Source of the DNA: Candidatus Thorarchaeota archaeon
GTDB lineage: Archaea; Asgardarchaeota; Thorarchaeia; Thorarchaeales; Thorarchaeaceae
Length of the DNA: 64,000 bases
Direction of reading: 5' to 3'
Assembly (NCBI GenBank): GCA_963726195.1
Contig: CAVSBO010000003.1
Span: 800,001 to 864,000 of the forward strand
The position numbers were made by a program, and so were the translations under genes. The number at the start of each line of letters is the position of its first letter. Position 1 is the stretch's first letter. Below are positions 20,671 through 30,590 of this stretch, piece by piece. The notes under the pieces were generated by a model. It was not told where the DNA came from. It was given only the letters and a program-made list of their open reading frames with translations, and did not search any database.

Positions 20671-21796
20671 CTAACCCAGCATCTTTGGCACGCTATAGCA
20701 GGGACCCAATTCCTTCTGGAGCTTCTGGATCTCTGCCTTAACCTTCGGAAGGCCGATCTTGTCAGCCATTTCAAATGGGCCAGCAGGGAAACTCGCACCT
20801 CAGCTTCATAGCTTGGTCTATGTCAGCCTTGGTGGCAATGCCTTGGTCCACCAGAATCATGGCTTCCCGGATTACTGGAATTGAAACCCGGTTCACCAGC
20901 ATCTGGGGGTCGGCTCCTTTGGGCTTCTCAGGTTCTGACTTTGCGCCACCGTACGCATAGAAGCCCTTCTTCGACTTCATCCCGAATGAACCAGCGTCGA
21001 ACAGCTTCTTCAGGGTCTCAGGAGGTTTGTAGCAGTCTCCCAGCTCCCTGTAGAGAGTGCTCATAGCATTGTAGGCAACATCGAGACCAACGAAGTCACC
21101 TAGAGTGAAAGGCCCTGCTTGGAACTTGCCGATTGTTGTCAGGGCGGTGTCGATCTCTTCCTTCGTCGCGACTCCCTTCTCATAGAGAAGGATGGACTCT
21201 CTCAGAACGGGCATTAGTACCCGGTTCACTATGAAACCGGGACTGTTCTTTGCCTTCACAGGAAGCTTGCCTTGCTTCTTGCCGACAGCAAATGCGGTCT
21301 GTATTGTCTCTTCGCTTGTCTTCTTGCCCACGACCACTTCAAGAAGCTTCATCGACGCAACTGGTGAGAAGTAGTGCATTCCCACCATTTTGTCCGGTCG
21401 CTTCGTGGCCGTAGCAAGATCGTCAATGCTCAGAGAGGAAGTGTTGCTGGCGAAAATGGTGCGCGGCGGGGCAGCCTTGTCTATCTGGGCGAAGGTCTTC
21501 TTCTTTGCATCCATATTCTCGAAGATGGCCTCGACCACCAAGTCCGCATCTTTCACCGCGTCCTCCAACTTAACGGTGCTCTTTAGCCGACTTATGAGAC
21601 CTTCTGCCTCTGACATTGACATCTTCTTCTTTTCGACGCCCGTCATTACGTCAGATCGAATTCGCTCCATTCCTTTGTCCAGTGCAACCTGATCGACGTC
21701 CACCATGGTAACGTTGTATCCATTCCACGCAGAAACGTAGGCTATTCCTGAACCCATGAGGCCCGAACCGATGACAGCGATGTTCTTGACTTCCAA
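20671..21796 (-). CDS. 3-hydroxyacyl-CoA dehydrogenase with duplicated C-terminal domain, frameshift ~20800
   Basis: GSGLMGSGIA, VEAIFE, SNTSSL, GMHYFSP, PGFIVNR; shifted frame GASFPAGPFEMADKIGL...MLG* ends at 20671. Confidence 0.93.
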
Positions 21797-21808
21797 AACT
21801 GGTTCCTC

Positions 21809-22165
21809 CTACATTCCCATCATGGCGGCCATTATCAGGTTTGCAAGAGGGTCGCTCTCGTTCGCGTTTCCGATTACCTCGAGGCTGCCATCCTTCATGG
21901 TATCCTTGAAGGGCGTTTGTCCAGTGAAGATGCCGAGCAGCGTTTCTGCCTTCGCTTTGTAGGTGACGTCGGGACTGGGATATGACCCCTCGTGCAGGGT
22001 GATTTTGTCCTTCGTGATGACCATGTATTGCGCACCCTCCTCTGTGAAGACCTGAAGGATCTTGCCGTCAAAGGGGCTTACCCAGTCGGCTAGAAGCTTC
22101 TTGAGATCATCCTTCTCCTTCACCTTGGAGGCTAGGAACTGAAAGAACTCTTGTAGCTGTGTCAT
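21809..22165 (-). CDS. SCP2 sterol/lipid-binding domain protein
   Basis: PDVTY..AETLLGIFTG..F..MKDGSLEVIGN pattern; beta-oxidation context. Confidence 0.8.
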   Translation of the reverse strand: MTQLQEFFQFLASKVKEKDDLKKLLADWVSPFDGKILQVFTEEGAQYMVITKDKITLHEGSYPSPDVTYKAKAETLLGIFTGQTPFKDTMKDGSLEVIGNANESDPLANLIMAAMMGM

Positions 22166-22168
22166 TGC

Positions 22169-22441
22169 CTAGGCCCCCTTCTCCACCCACTCATCGACTG
22201 CCTCATGCACTGCCGCGTCGACGGAACTGGCCCAGATGTTGCCTTTCTTCTTTCGTACGACTTCCAGAAACTCGTCGTACTTGGGTCCGTCAAGCAACAG
22301 GACGATTCGGCCCTTGCGGTCATTGATGAATGACTGATAGACCATCTTCTTGCTGGTCCAGTATTCGTGCTGGATATCGCCTTCCTTCAATCTGGGATAG
22401 AAGGGCCATGCTCCACTCGGGTGCTTTCTGTACTTTGCCAT
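22169..22441 (-). CDS. Hypothetical protein with possible C-terminal RHH
   Basis: Coupled ORF; LLLDGPKYDEF..SSVDAAVHEAVDEWV. Confidence 0.55.
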   Translation of the reverse strand: MAKYRKHPSGAWPFYPRLKEGDIQHEYWTSKKMVYQSFINDRKGRIVLLLDGPKYDEFLEVVRKKKGNIWASSVDAAVHEAVDEWVEKGA

Positions 22442-22698
22442 TACTTAATCCTCCACTTCTTTACTAAATCACCAGTGGCTTCAATGAACCCGGGTCTAAA
22501 GGGCCACTGTACGACATAACGCATGCCCTTCTCACCTGCCACCTCACCTCCGGACCAACGACCAGTGTAGACACGGCCACCCTTTTCCCCACAGAACTGG
22601 CCCATCACGACCTCGATTATGCCTTCGAGGGTCAGGTCGGTTTCTTCGGACAGCTCCTTCAGCTTCTTCATTATGTTCTCGTCAAAGCTAACTTCCAT
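22441..22698 (-). CDS. Hypothetical protein with RHH/CopG-like N-terminus
   Basis: MEVSFDENIMKKLKELSEETDLTLEGIIE strand-helix-helix pattern. Confidence 0.6.
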   Translation of the reverse strand: MEVSFDENIMKKLKELSEETDLTLEGIIEVVMGQFCGEKGGRVYTGRWSGGEVAGEKGMRYVVQWPFRPGFIEATGDLVKKWRIK

Positions 22699-22704
22699 TC
22701 AGAC

Positions 22705-23520
22705 TCACTTCTCCTCCCTGAATGCTAGGCGCTTGTATGGATAGCCCCACCTCTCTTGATACATCAAGCCCTCAAGTGGAGGCCTGCTCGGACCCAGCTC
22801 ACGGGTCTTGATTTTCTTGCCAATGCAGAAGGCTGTGAGCGGCACCCAGATGGGGGGTATTCCCAGCCGATCTCTTATGAGCTCGGCGTGACGCGGATCA
22901 GAACAGACCAGTGCCTCGTATCCACAGCCGTAGCCAAGCTCAGTAGCCACGAGCCACATGTTCATGATTGCCATGCCAGCTACAACGGAGCCGAAGAGCT
23001 CGTTGGGGTACTGATACGCGGCATCGTGCCACATCTCTGAAGCACACACGATGATGACGGTGTCACTCTTCTCGGGGTATCTGAAGAGGTCCCCATCTCT
23101 CAACTTGGCATACGAACTCGCCCTGTACGGGTCAGAGATATACCAGAGTCGGCCGCTGGTCAGCTCGAATGGTGCTCCGCCAAAAGCTTGTTTTGCCATT
23201 TCTTGGGCTATGTCTGCTAGGAACACTTTGGTTTCCTGATCATCCCTGATTACTACAAACCGGATCATGAGCATGTTCTCTGGGCTAGGCGCGTGACGCG
23301 CTGCTTCGAGAATCGTCTCGATGTGCTCGTCCGGTATCTTTTCGCCGGTGAACTCCCTTATTGAGCGTCGTTCCCGTATGAGTTTCAGAGACTGCAGCTC
23401 CTGCAAAGCCATGGCTTTCGGTTCTGGTACAGCTTTGGCTTTCGGTTGTTCTGCAGCCTTTGGTTTCTCAACGGAAGGCGCCGGGGCCGCCGGCTTTACC
23501 TTAGAACCTCGTGAAGCCAT
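22705..23520 (-). CDS. Nitroreductase family protein
   Basis: RRSIREF, ILEAARHAPS.EN, NMWLVATELGYG. Confidence 0.9.
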   Translation of the reverse strand: MASRGSKVKPAAPAPSVEKPKAAEQPKAKAVPEPKAMALQELQSLKLIRERRSIREFTGEKIPDEHIETILEAARHAPSPENMLMIRFVVIRDDQETKVFLADIAQEMAKQAFGGAPFELTSGRLWYISDPYRASSYAKLRDGDLFRYPEKSDTVIIVCASEMWHDAAYQYPNELFGSVVAGMAIMNMWLVATELGYGCGYEALVCSDPRHAELIRDRLGIPPIWVPLTAFCIGKKIKTRELGPSRPPLEGLMYQERWGYPYKRLAFREEK

Positions 23521-23759
23521 TGATACACCTCAACAAGACTGTTGAACGGGCCAATCCACGCAGATGGATGATAAATGTATTCCGAGAGACGCTGGAGCAC
23601 TGACTGTGGCAATCACAATCAATCTCTGGGTGGCCTCATATGACATGGAGAAGGGCGAGTTTCCCATCATGGAATGGCAGATGGTGAGACACTTGGATTG
23701 GCTTAGAAGAATTAGAGAGAATATGAATCCAACACGCCGAGGATATCATCGTGGATATG

Positions 23760-23966
23760 ACTTGAGCAGTATCCTCAGTGCATCAGGGTATCAGCTGGGT
23801 AGTGGCTATGATACACAAGGTCACTTATCTCAGCATGAATCCAACTCTCACGGAGCGCACCAAGCTACTCCCGGCGGACCGTGCGCCCAAACTTGGAGTA
23901 GGAGCAAGCCAGCTCCTACTACAATCATGGTTTGCTCAGATCGAGCGCGTCACCCACAATCCGGTC
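23760..23966. repeat. Diverged direct repeat, copy 1 (~200 bp)
   Basis: Shares blocks TGCATCAGGGTATCAGCTGG, CAAGGTCACTTATC, ACTCCCGGCGGAC, CCAGCTCCTACTACAATC, GTTTGCTCAGATCGAG, CACCCACAATCCG with 25780-25990. Confidence 0.9.
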
Positions 23967-24065
23967 ATGTGACAGAAAGATAGATAACCTTCGAGCACGG
24001 AATCACGCCACACTACGGTGCATGGAAACGTGACGAACCGTAGATAGGGTGGGTGAGCATTACCA

Positions 24066-25772
24066 ATGGAGAAGAGGATAATACTTACATTTCTTGTAAT
24101 GATGACCATACTTGCAGCGACCGCCGCACCAGTCAGCCTGCAGATGACGGCCGCATGTCATGGCCAGGCAATCATGCCAACAGGAAAGGCCACGACAGCT
24201 GCGCCTCTGACTCAGTGGAACAAAACCTACGGGGGAATCGGCCGTGAAAGGGCGTATTCAGTTCAGCAGACATTAGATGGCGGATACATCGTAGCAGGAG
24301 ATACCAATTCCTCTGGCAAAGGCGGCTATGACTTCTGGCTTGTGAAGACCGACTCAGCAGGCAACCAGCAGTGGAACAGGACCCATGGAGGAACCGGCGA
24401 TGACTATGTAGGTTCCATTCAGCAGACCTCAGACGGCGGATACATCGTGGGAGGAGATACAAGGTCGTTTGGCGCTGGTGAGAGTGACTTCTGGCTTGTG
24501 AAAACCGACTCATCAGGCAATGAGGAGTGGAACAGGACCTATGGAGGAACCGATTATGAGCTTGGGTATTCCGTTCAGCAGACTTGCGATAGTGGTTACA
24601 TCATCGCAGGATTCACCTTTTCCTTTGGCGCAGGCGAAGGCGACATCTGGCTGGTTAAGACTAACTCATCGGGCGGCCAGCAGTGGAACAGAACGTACGG
24701 AGGACCCCACGAGGAAGAGGGGTATTCCGTTCAGCAGACCTCAGACGGCGGATACATCGTAGCAGGAAGCGCAGAGACCTGGGGCACAGGCGAGACCGAC
24801 TTCTGGCTTGTGAAGACTGACTCAGCAGGCCACCAGCAGTGGAACAGAACATACGGAAAATACTACCTGAACTGGGCGTATTCCGTTCAGCAGACCTCAG
24901 ACGGCGGATACGTCGTAACGGGAGAAACAAATTCCAATTTAGCCAAGAGTGACTTGTGGCTTGTGAAAACCGACTCATCAGGCAACGAACAGTGGAACAA
25001 AACATACGGTGGAACCGGCAATGACTGGGCGAACTCCGTTCAGCAAACTCCCGACAACGGGTATATCATAGCAGGAGGTACAAACTCATCTGGCAGAGGG
25101 GGCTATGACTTCTGGCTCGTGAAGACCGATTCAGCAGGCAACGAACAGTGGGACAAGACCTACGGAGGAATCCACGATGAGGATGCGTTTTCGATCCAGC
25201 AGACTTCCGATGGTGGATACGTAGTAGCAGGATGGACGAATTCCTTCGGCGCCGGCTCGTATGACTTCTGGCTTGTTAAGACTGGCGAAGGAACACCGCC
25301 TTCGACTATAACTGATCTGGCTGCAGGTAGCCCCACGAGCAACTCCGTCAATTTGACCTGGACTGCGCCAGGAGACGATGGCATGAGAGGAAATGTCACA
25401 GCCTACGTAGTCAAGTATTCGTCCTCGGGGCCGATAGACTCGAGCAACTGGAATCTGGTATCGACCTACGGCCAGTCTTGGACACCAGCCATGAACGGCA
25501 CCGTGGAGACCCACACGATCACGGGCTTGACCGCCGGAACCAAGTACTGGTTTGCAGTACAAGCCTACGACGACGTGCCCAACTACAGCATAGTCTCAAA
25601 CAGTCCCAGCGCAACAACAACGTCGACGACTTCAACCAGCGGCGAAACAGGACCGGGTATACCGTTGACGATCATAGTGGCAGGGGTAGCCGTAGCGGCA
25701 GCAGTGATGGTTTTCGTTGCAGTCCTCCTCATGAAGAAAAGGAAGCCCAGCCAAGATTCACTGAATCTCTGA
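24066..25772 (+). CDS. Secreted, membrane-anchored beta-propeller + fibronectin type III protein
   Basis: Signal peptide; 7 x ~53 aa repeats (WNxTYGG..SVQQTSDGGYIVAG..DFWLVKTDS); FN3 (LTWTAPGDD, GLTAGTKYWFAVQA); Thr/Ser linker; TM helix + KKRK. Confidence 0.88.
   Translation: MEKRIILTFLVMMTILAATAAPVSLQMTAACHGQAIMPTGKATTAAPLTQWNKTYGGIGRERAYSVQQTLDGGYIVAGDTNSSGKGGYDFWLVKTDSAGNQQWNRTHGGTGDDYVGSIQQTSDGGYIVGGDTRSFGAGESDFWLVKTDSSGNEEWNRTYGGTDYELGYSVQQTCDSGYIIAGFTFSFGAGEGDIWLVKTNSSGGQQWNRTYGGPHEEEGYSVQQTSDGGYIVAGSAETWGTGETDFWLVKTDSAGHQQWNRTYGKYYLNWAYSVQQTSDGGYVVTGETNSNLAKSDLWLVKTDSSGNEQWNKTYGGTGNDWANSVQQTPDNGYIIAGGTNSSGRGGYDFWLVKTDSAGNEQWDKTYGGIHDEDAFSIQQTSDGGYVVAGWTNSFGAGSYDFWLVKTGEGTPPSTITDLAAGSPTSNSVNLTWTAPGDDGMRGNVTAYVVKYSSSGPIDSSNWNLVSTYGQSWTPAMNGTVETHTITGLTAGTKYWFAVQAYDDVPNYSIVSNSPSATTTSTTSTSGETGPGIPLTIIVAGVAVAAAVMVFVAVLLMKKRKPSQDSLNL
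24217..25285 (+). repeat. Seven intragenic ~159 bp tandem repeats
   Basis: Recurrent CAGCAGACCTCAGACGGCGGATAC and GACTTCTGGCTTGTGAA blocks. Confidence 0.9.
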
Positions 25773-25779
25773 ATCAATA

Positions 25780-25990
25780 CGACTCGAGTAGTGTCTGTGA
25801 AATGCATCAGGGTATCAGCTGGATAGTTGCCACGACATACAAGGTCACTTATCCGTGATGAGATTGAACAGATATGAAGCCCGCCGCGCCACTCCCGGCG
25901 GACAACCTGCTCCAACCGGAGGTAGGAGCAGACCAGCTCCTACTACAATCCCAGTTTGCTCAGATCGAGTGCATCACCCACAATCCGCTC
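25780..25990. repeat. Diverged direct repeat, copy 2 (includes 3' end of the DRTGG gene and its hairpin)
   Basis: See copy 1; GTAGGAGC-N6-GCTCCTAC hairpin at 25922-25943 (23897-23920 in copy 1). Confidence 0.9.
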
Positions 25991-27023
25991 TACTACCGCC
26001 ACCTTCTCTTTGTTCTCCGGAGTAACGGAGCCCATGTAGTCATCGACAATATCGGCAGTTGTGAAAGCATCGTGGGCAGTCATGATTATGGGGACACCTA
26101 GTTGCTTGGCCCTTGAAACAGTCCGTATGTCGGGACCCATTCCGTCAGTCAGGATGAGCACGTTTGTGTCTGTCTCCAGAGCAGCGAGGCAAATGTCAGA
26201 CTCTGTCTCCGCTGGTAATCACCGCCTTGTTTGCGGCCTGTCTGAACCATCTCAGAGCATTCTCAGGCGCCATGCTGCCTACCATGAAGGTGTCCACAAG
26301 AAGGTCCAGACGATCCTCGCCTGTTACAACCTCACCATCCAAAGCCCTGAGTATCTCTCGCACTGTGGGACTGAACAACTCCCGGTTCTGATACAGGACG
26401 CCGCAGAACAAGAGACCGTTCTGCTCAAGGAATGGTTTGATCTTCTCCGTGATCATGCCCTTCAGCATGGGCGGCACAAGATTGAGAATGATGCCTATTG
26501 GCTCGACTCCATATTGCTTGAAGAACTCCTTGTCCAGTAAAGCTTCATCTATTGCAGTTATGTCAGGGAAGTTCACGAGACAAATAACCGTCGCGTTTAG
26601 CTCTTTGGCTATCTGTGCTGTCGAAAGCTGAACGTGCAACAGGTGCCATGGTGCTTCGGTCCCTTCGACCACAACGTAATCCATCTGGTCCGCGATTTGG
26701 GCATAACACTTTCGTATTCTCTTCAGAAGTGCATCGCGGCCGACCTTGAGTAGTTCATCATAACTTGATCGGGCCCTGATTACTGGAGTGATACAGGATA
26801 CGTCGGTTTTCATGCCGAGCACTTCCTTCATGACGAGCGCATCCTCGTCAACATCCTTCATCTTCTCGCTGTACACATAGCTTCTGTCTCCAATAGGCTT
26901 GAAATAGGCCACCTTCTTCCCCTGAGCCTTCAGCTTCGCCGCAATGGCCATCGCTACCATGGTCTTGCCCGTCATGCTGTATCCGCTAATCACGATGTTC
27001 TTCGCCATGTTATCACCCGCCAA
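25943..27023 (-). CDS. Phosphotransacetylase N-terminal-like (BioD/AAA_26 + DRTGG) protein, frameshift ~26200
   Basis: TGKT, YFKPIG, VVEG, ITSGDR then ICLAALE..LILTDG; follows ACD. Confidence 0.88.
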
Positions 27024-29110
27024 TGGTTATCTTCACGTCGACTGCTGATACACCATTCCCTTTCTCATAGCAGAATAGAGGATTGATGTCGAGTTCGACA
27101 ATGTCTTCGAAATCCGTGACAAGTTGACTGATCCTGAGTATAGTATCTTCCAGAGCGGCCACATCACTTGGAGGCTCTCCTCTAACACCTTTGAGGAGAA
27201 CACCAATCTTGGTCTCATCGATCTGCTCTCTTGCGTCAGACGTTGTCATAGGTGCAAGTCTGAACGCGACATCATGCAGGAAGTTCACGTAGATGCCGCC
27301 CGCCCCGAACATCACAAGCGGTCCGAACTGCAAGTCTCTTGAGCACCCCACAATGAGTTCTTTGCCTTTGTTGGCCATCTGCTGCACATCAACGCCATAG
27401 ACTATGGCCTTGGGCATGTGGCTTTGTGCGTTCTTCAGCACTTGCAGAAAGCCTTCTTCAACTTCCTCAGGTGTGTTCAGACCTACTTTGATACCACCGA
27501 TCTCACTTTTGTGAATAATATCTGGGCTGGCAATCTTCAGCGCAACCGGATATCCCAGTTCAGAAGCTATCGCCTTTGCTTCTTCAGGGCTGGTAGCCAA
27601 GCGAATGCGTGCAACCCCAATGCCGTATGCTTCGGCGATAGCGTGAGCCTCACTTCCAAGCAGCACGCGCCGCTTGTCCTTTCGGACAGCTTCAATGATT
27701 TCACTGACGCGCTTCTTATCCACCTTGAAGTGTGGAGGAGACTCGTCCTTTAGGCTGTCCCTTCTTACAGTATACTTGTAGAGTTCAGCGAGAGCACGCA
27801 CCGCCCTTTCAGGAAAATCAAACACAGGGATATTGGCAGCGTTAAGGATAATTCTGGGATAGACCATCGAATTGCCACCCATGAATACTGCCAAGAGTGG
27901 TTTGTTCGGGTTCCGTTCGTGACACTCCACAAGCGCCTGTGCGGTCTCTGCAACCTTGGTCATTGCCTGTGGGGTCAGCAGCACTATCACCGAGTCTACA
28001 TTCTCGTCTCTTAGCACGGCATCAATGCACAACTGATAATCCTCCGGTTGAGCAGTACCAAGGGCATCAACCGGATTGTAGACAGCTGCAGCTGGCGGCA
28101 GAGAAGACTTGAGCGTCTCTATGGTTGCGGTTGAGAATGCTGCAATAGACAGCCCATTTCCTTCGCACGCATCGGTCGTCAGTATGCCGGGGCCTCCTGC
28201 ATTGGTGACGATTGCCACACGCTTACCAGCAGGAAGATGCATGCCATCGTAGACGTTTGCAATATCGAAGAGCTCGGCCATACTGTACGCTCGGCTGACA
28301 CCACACTGCCGGAACGCGACATCGTAGGCCGTATCACTGCCTGCGAGGGAACCAGTATGCGATGACGCCGCACGAGCACCTGCCGCACTGATTCCCGACT
28401 TGATAATGAATATCGGCTTTTGCGGGACTATCTTGCGGCACACATCCATGAACTTGCGGCCATCAACAACTGACTCAATGTACAACAGAATGAAAGTGGA
28501 GTCGGGGTCGCGACCGAATGCTTCCACAAAGTCGGTTTCGTCGAGATGAGCCTTGTTGCCCAAACTTATGAATTTGGAGAAGCCGATCTTCTCCATCAGA
28601 CTGTAGTCGAGAATACCTGTCATTAATGCTCCTGATTGAGATGCAAACGCGATGATTCCCTTCTGTGGGGTACCTGCTGCAAACGAGGCGTTGTACGGAC
28701 ATGAAGTGTTGATTGCACCGAGGCAGTTCGGTCCTTGGATGACCATCCCGTACTTCTCGGCTATCTCGACCATCTTGCTCTCAACCTCCTGTCCTTCGTG
28801 GCCGACTTCCTTGAACCCCGCAGTTATGACCACGAGAGCTTTCACACCCTTCTTGCCACATTCTTCGACGACTGACAAGACTGCTTTCGCAGGGATGACT
28901 ATCACGGCCATGTCTACTGTGCCTGCTATTTCAAGAATCGATCTGTAGACCTTGTTGCCGAGTATCTCGCCACCAGAAGGGTTGATTGGATAGATTCGAC
29001 CACCGTAGCCGCTATCGACCAAGTTCCTCATGACGTCATTGCCTAGCTTGCCCTTTGTTTCCGAGGCGCCAATGACTGCGATGGAACGTGGGTTGAAGAG
29101 GATGTCAATG
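27013..29110 (-). CDS. Acetate-CoA ligase (ADP-forming), fused alpha-beta
   Basis: FNPRSIAVIGAS..KLGN upstream of ORF 27013-29031; GPNCLG, SQSGA, SHTGSLAG, NPVD, HKSEIGG, ELDINPL; exact start uncertain. Confidence 0.93.
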
Positions 29111-29264
29111 CCTTTTTGCCGGTCTACCGTTGTAGCATGCCTTCATTTGCACGATTTAAGGCCCCCGGAGGCCGTGCAACTGATATAACTCCGTCGATAA
29201 GGTACCAGTATTACTTAGGCCCATATAGCTGTATGCTCTACGTGTGACGCAGGTGAATACCAAG

Positions 29265-29405
29265 ATGAAGCTCGTCACGTTGCACGTTCCAGAGGTTTAT
29301 CTTGATGGACTCGAGAAGCTCGTCACGAACAACCTCTATCCCAATCGGTCAGAGGCAATCAGAATCGCAATCAGAGACCTGCTGAAGCGAGAGCTCTGGG
29401 GCTGA
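29265..29405 (+). CDS. Small RHH transcription factor, CdrS-like (46 aa, below the ORF-track cutoff)
   Basis: MKLVTLHVPEVYLDGLEKLVTNNLYPNRSEAIRIAIRDLLKRELWG*; PNRSEAIR.A.R motif. Confidence 0.85.
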   Translation: MKLVTLHVPEVYLDGLEKLVTNNLYPNRSEAIRIAIRDLLKRELWG

Positions 29406-29505
29406 GATTCCTAGAGCATCAAGAACAGCACCACCACAAGATGCCGACGTTCACTTTGGCATCCCACGAGTTTGCCACACAACGAAACTTCATATCTGCT
29501 CCTAA

Positions 29506-29527
29506 CGCCTGCTATATGTAGCAGGCG
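29506..29527. promoter_or_regulatory. 22 bp near-perfect palindrome, candidate operator
   Basis: CGCCTGCTATATGTAGCAGGCG, ~30 bp upstream of ATG 29559. Confidence 0.5.
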
Positions 29528-29558
29528 CATCTGCGATTTGTGCAACTAGGAGCGTGAT

Positions 29559-30533
29559 ATGATAGCACCTGAATCCCCAGACATGAAGCTCGGCACTTCG
29601 CTGTTGAATTCAGGTGAGGGACCATTTAAGCTGGTCAAAGGTTGTCCTTGTTACAAAGAGTTCGGCACCGAGAAAGTCTGCGTGAACAACGATGATGTTC
29701 AGCCAATTAACTCGATATCCATTGACCCAACATTCTTCGGATTGATGGACTCCAGAGAAGGTCTCGCCGAGTTCAAGAGCAGCAACGAGGGCATGTGTTA
29801 CCTGCTCATAAGCCTCGATGCCGAGGATGGGCGTGCATACTGCGTAAGTCAGGGAAGACAACTCAAGATCAATAACCGTGATATTCAGGCATCCGACATA
29901 AAAGATGCGCTTCAGTTCGTGAGCACGAAGGATATCACGACCGATGGCGTCGTGTGTTCGTCTTGTCTCTACAAATACCTCGTCACCCTAAGCTCCGTGT
30001 TCTCTGACATGCTCTCACAAGCTGAAAGGTCTGATGCAATCAGGGCATATGTGAAACGCACTGCCCTGAAGATGGCAATGAATCTGGACAAAGCCCCTAA
30101 GGAAGAAGACCTTAAGGACGAAGAGGCTCTGCAGCGCCATCTGAGGAAACACATAGCAGATTTGGTCAAGCTGAAGTCCGAACTAATATCACTGGCGTCA
30201 GAAGCCAAAGCCAGAGGGGAGGACGAAGACCTTCTCATCCTGTGTGAGCAGTATAGGTTACTTACGCGGCTATACACTGTGTTCCTATTTCAAGTACTTA
30301 CACTAACGGAGGCAGAAGACGAACCAGTGGCTCTCGGAGCTCTGAAGTTCATGGTGGGGGTAGCAGGCCGAACTGTGGAGCTGAACAACAGGATCCGGGA
30401 GAAGACCCACCAGCTGGAAGAGTCTCACAGGATACCAGAATGGGCTCGCCCGCTCCTAGAGAAGCATGCCACCGTGAGAAAGAGAAACGAACAGGGAATC
30501 CTCAACTTGGCAAGGGTGCTCAGTCAGGTCTGA
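29559..30533 (+). CDS. Cys-rich hypothetical protein, paralog 1
   Basis: GCPCY..CVN, YCVSQG, CSSCLYK, helical C-terminal half. Confidence 0.75.
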   Translation: MIAPESPDMKLGTSLLNSGEGPFKLVKGCPCYKEFGTEKVCVNNDDVQPINSISIDPTFFGLMDSREGLAEFKSSNEGMCYLLISLDAEDGRAYCVSQGRQLKINNRDIQASDIKDALQFVSTKDITTDGVVCSSCLYKYLVTLSSVFSDMLSQAERSDAIRAYVKRTALKMAMNLDKAPKEEDLKDEEALQRHLRKHIADLVKLKSELISLASEAKARGEDEDLLILCEQYRLLTRLYTVFLFQVLTLTEAEDEPVALGALKFMVGVAGRTVELNNRIREKTHQLEESHRIPEWARPLLEKHATVRKRNEQGILNLARVLSQV

Positions 30534-30590
30534 GCAACTCCTTACAACAATGCCTATAACAAAAGCGGCAGAATCATATCAAACTGAATA

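Noticed and set aside
19677-21796. Fused HAD-ECH bifunctional enzyme via ORF 20502-20798
   Set aside because: The repaired HAD frame stops at 20671 and the gap contains a TATA-like TTTATAA; two separate genes.
23564-23983. 139 aa ORF and the similar short ORFs 23778-23972 and 25874-26101
   Set aside because: No recognisable motifs; their similarity simply reflects the DNA direct repeat.
24217-25285. Propeller repeats as a CRISPR array or DGR template/variable repeat
   Set aside because: They are in-frame ~159 bp coding repeats; no reverse transcriptase is present and no adenine-specific mismatch pattern is evident.
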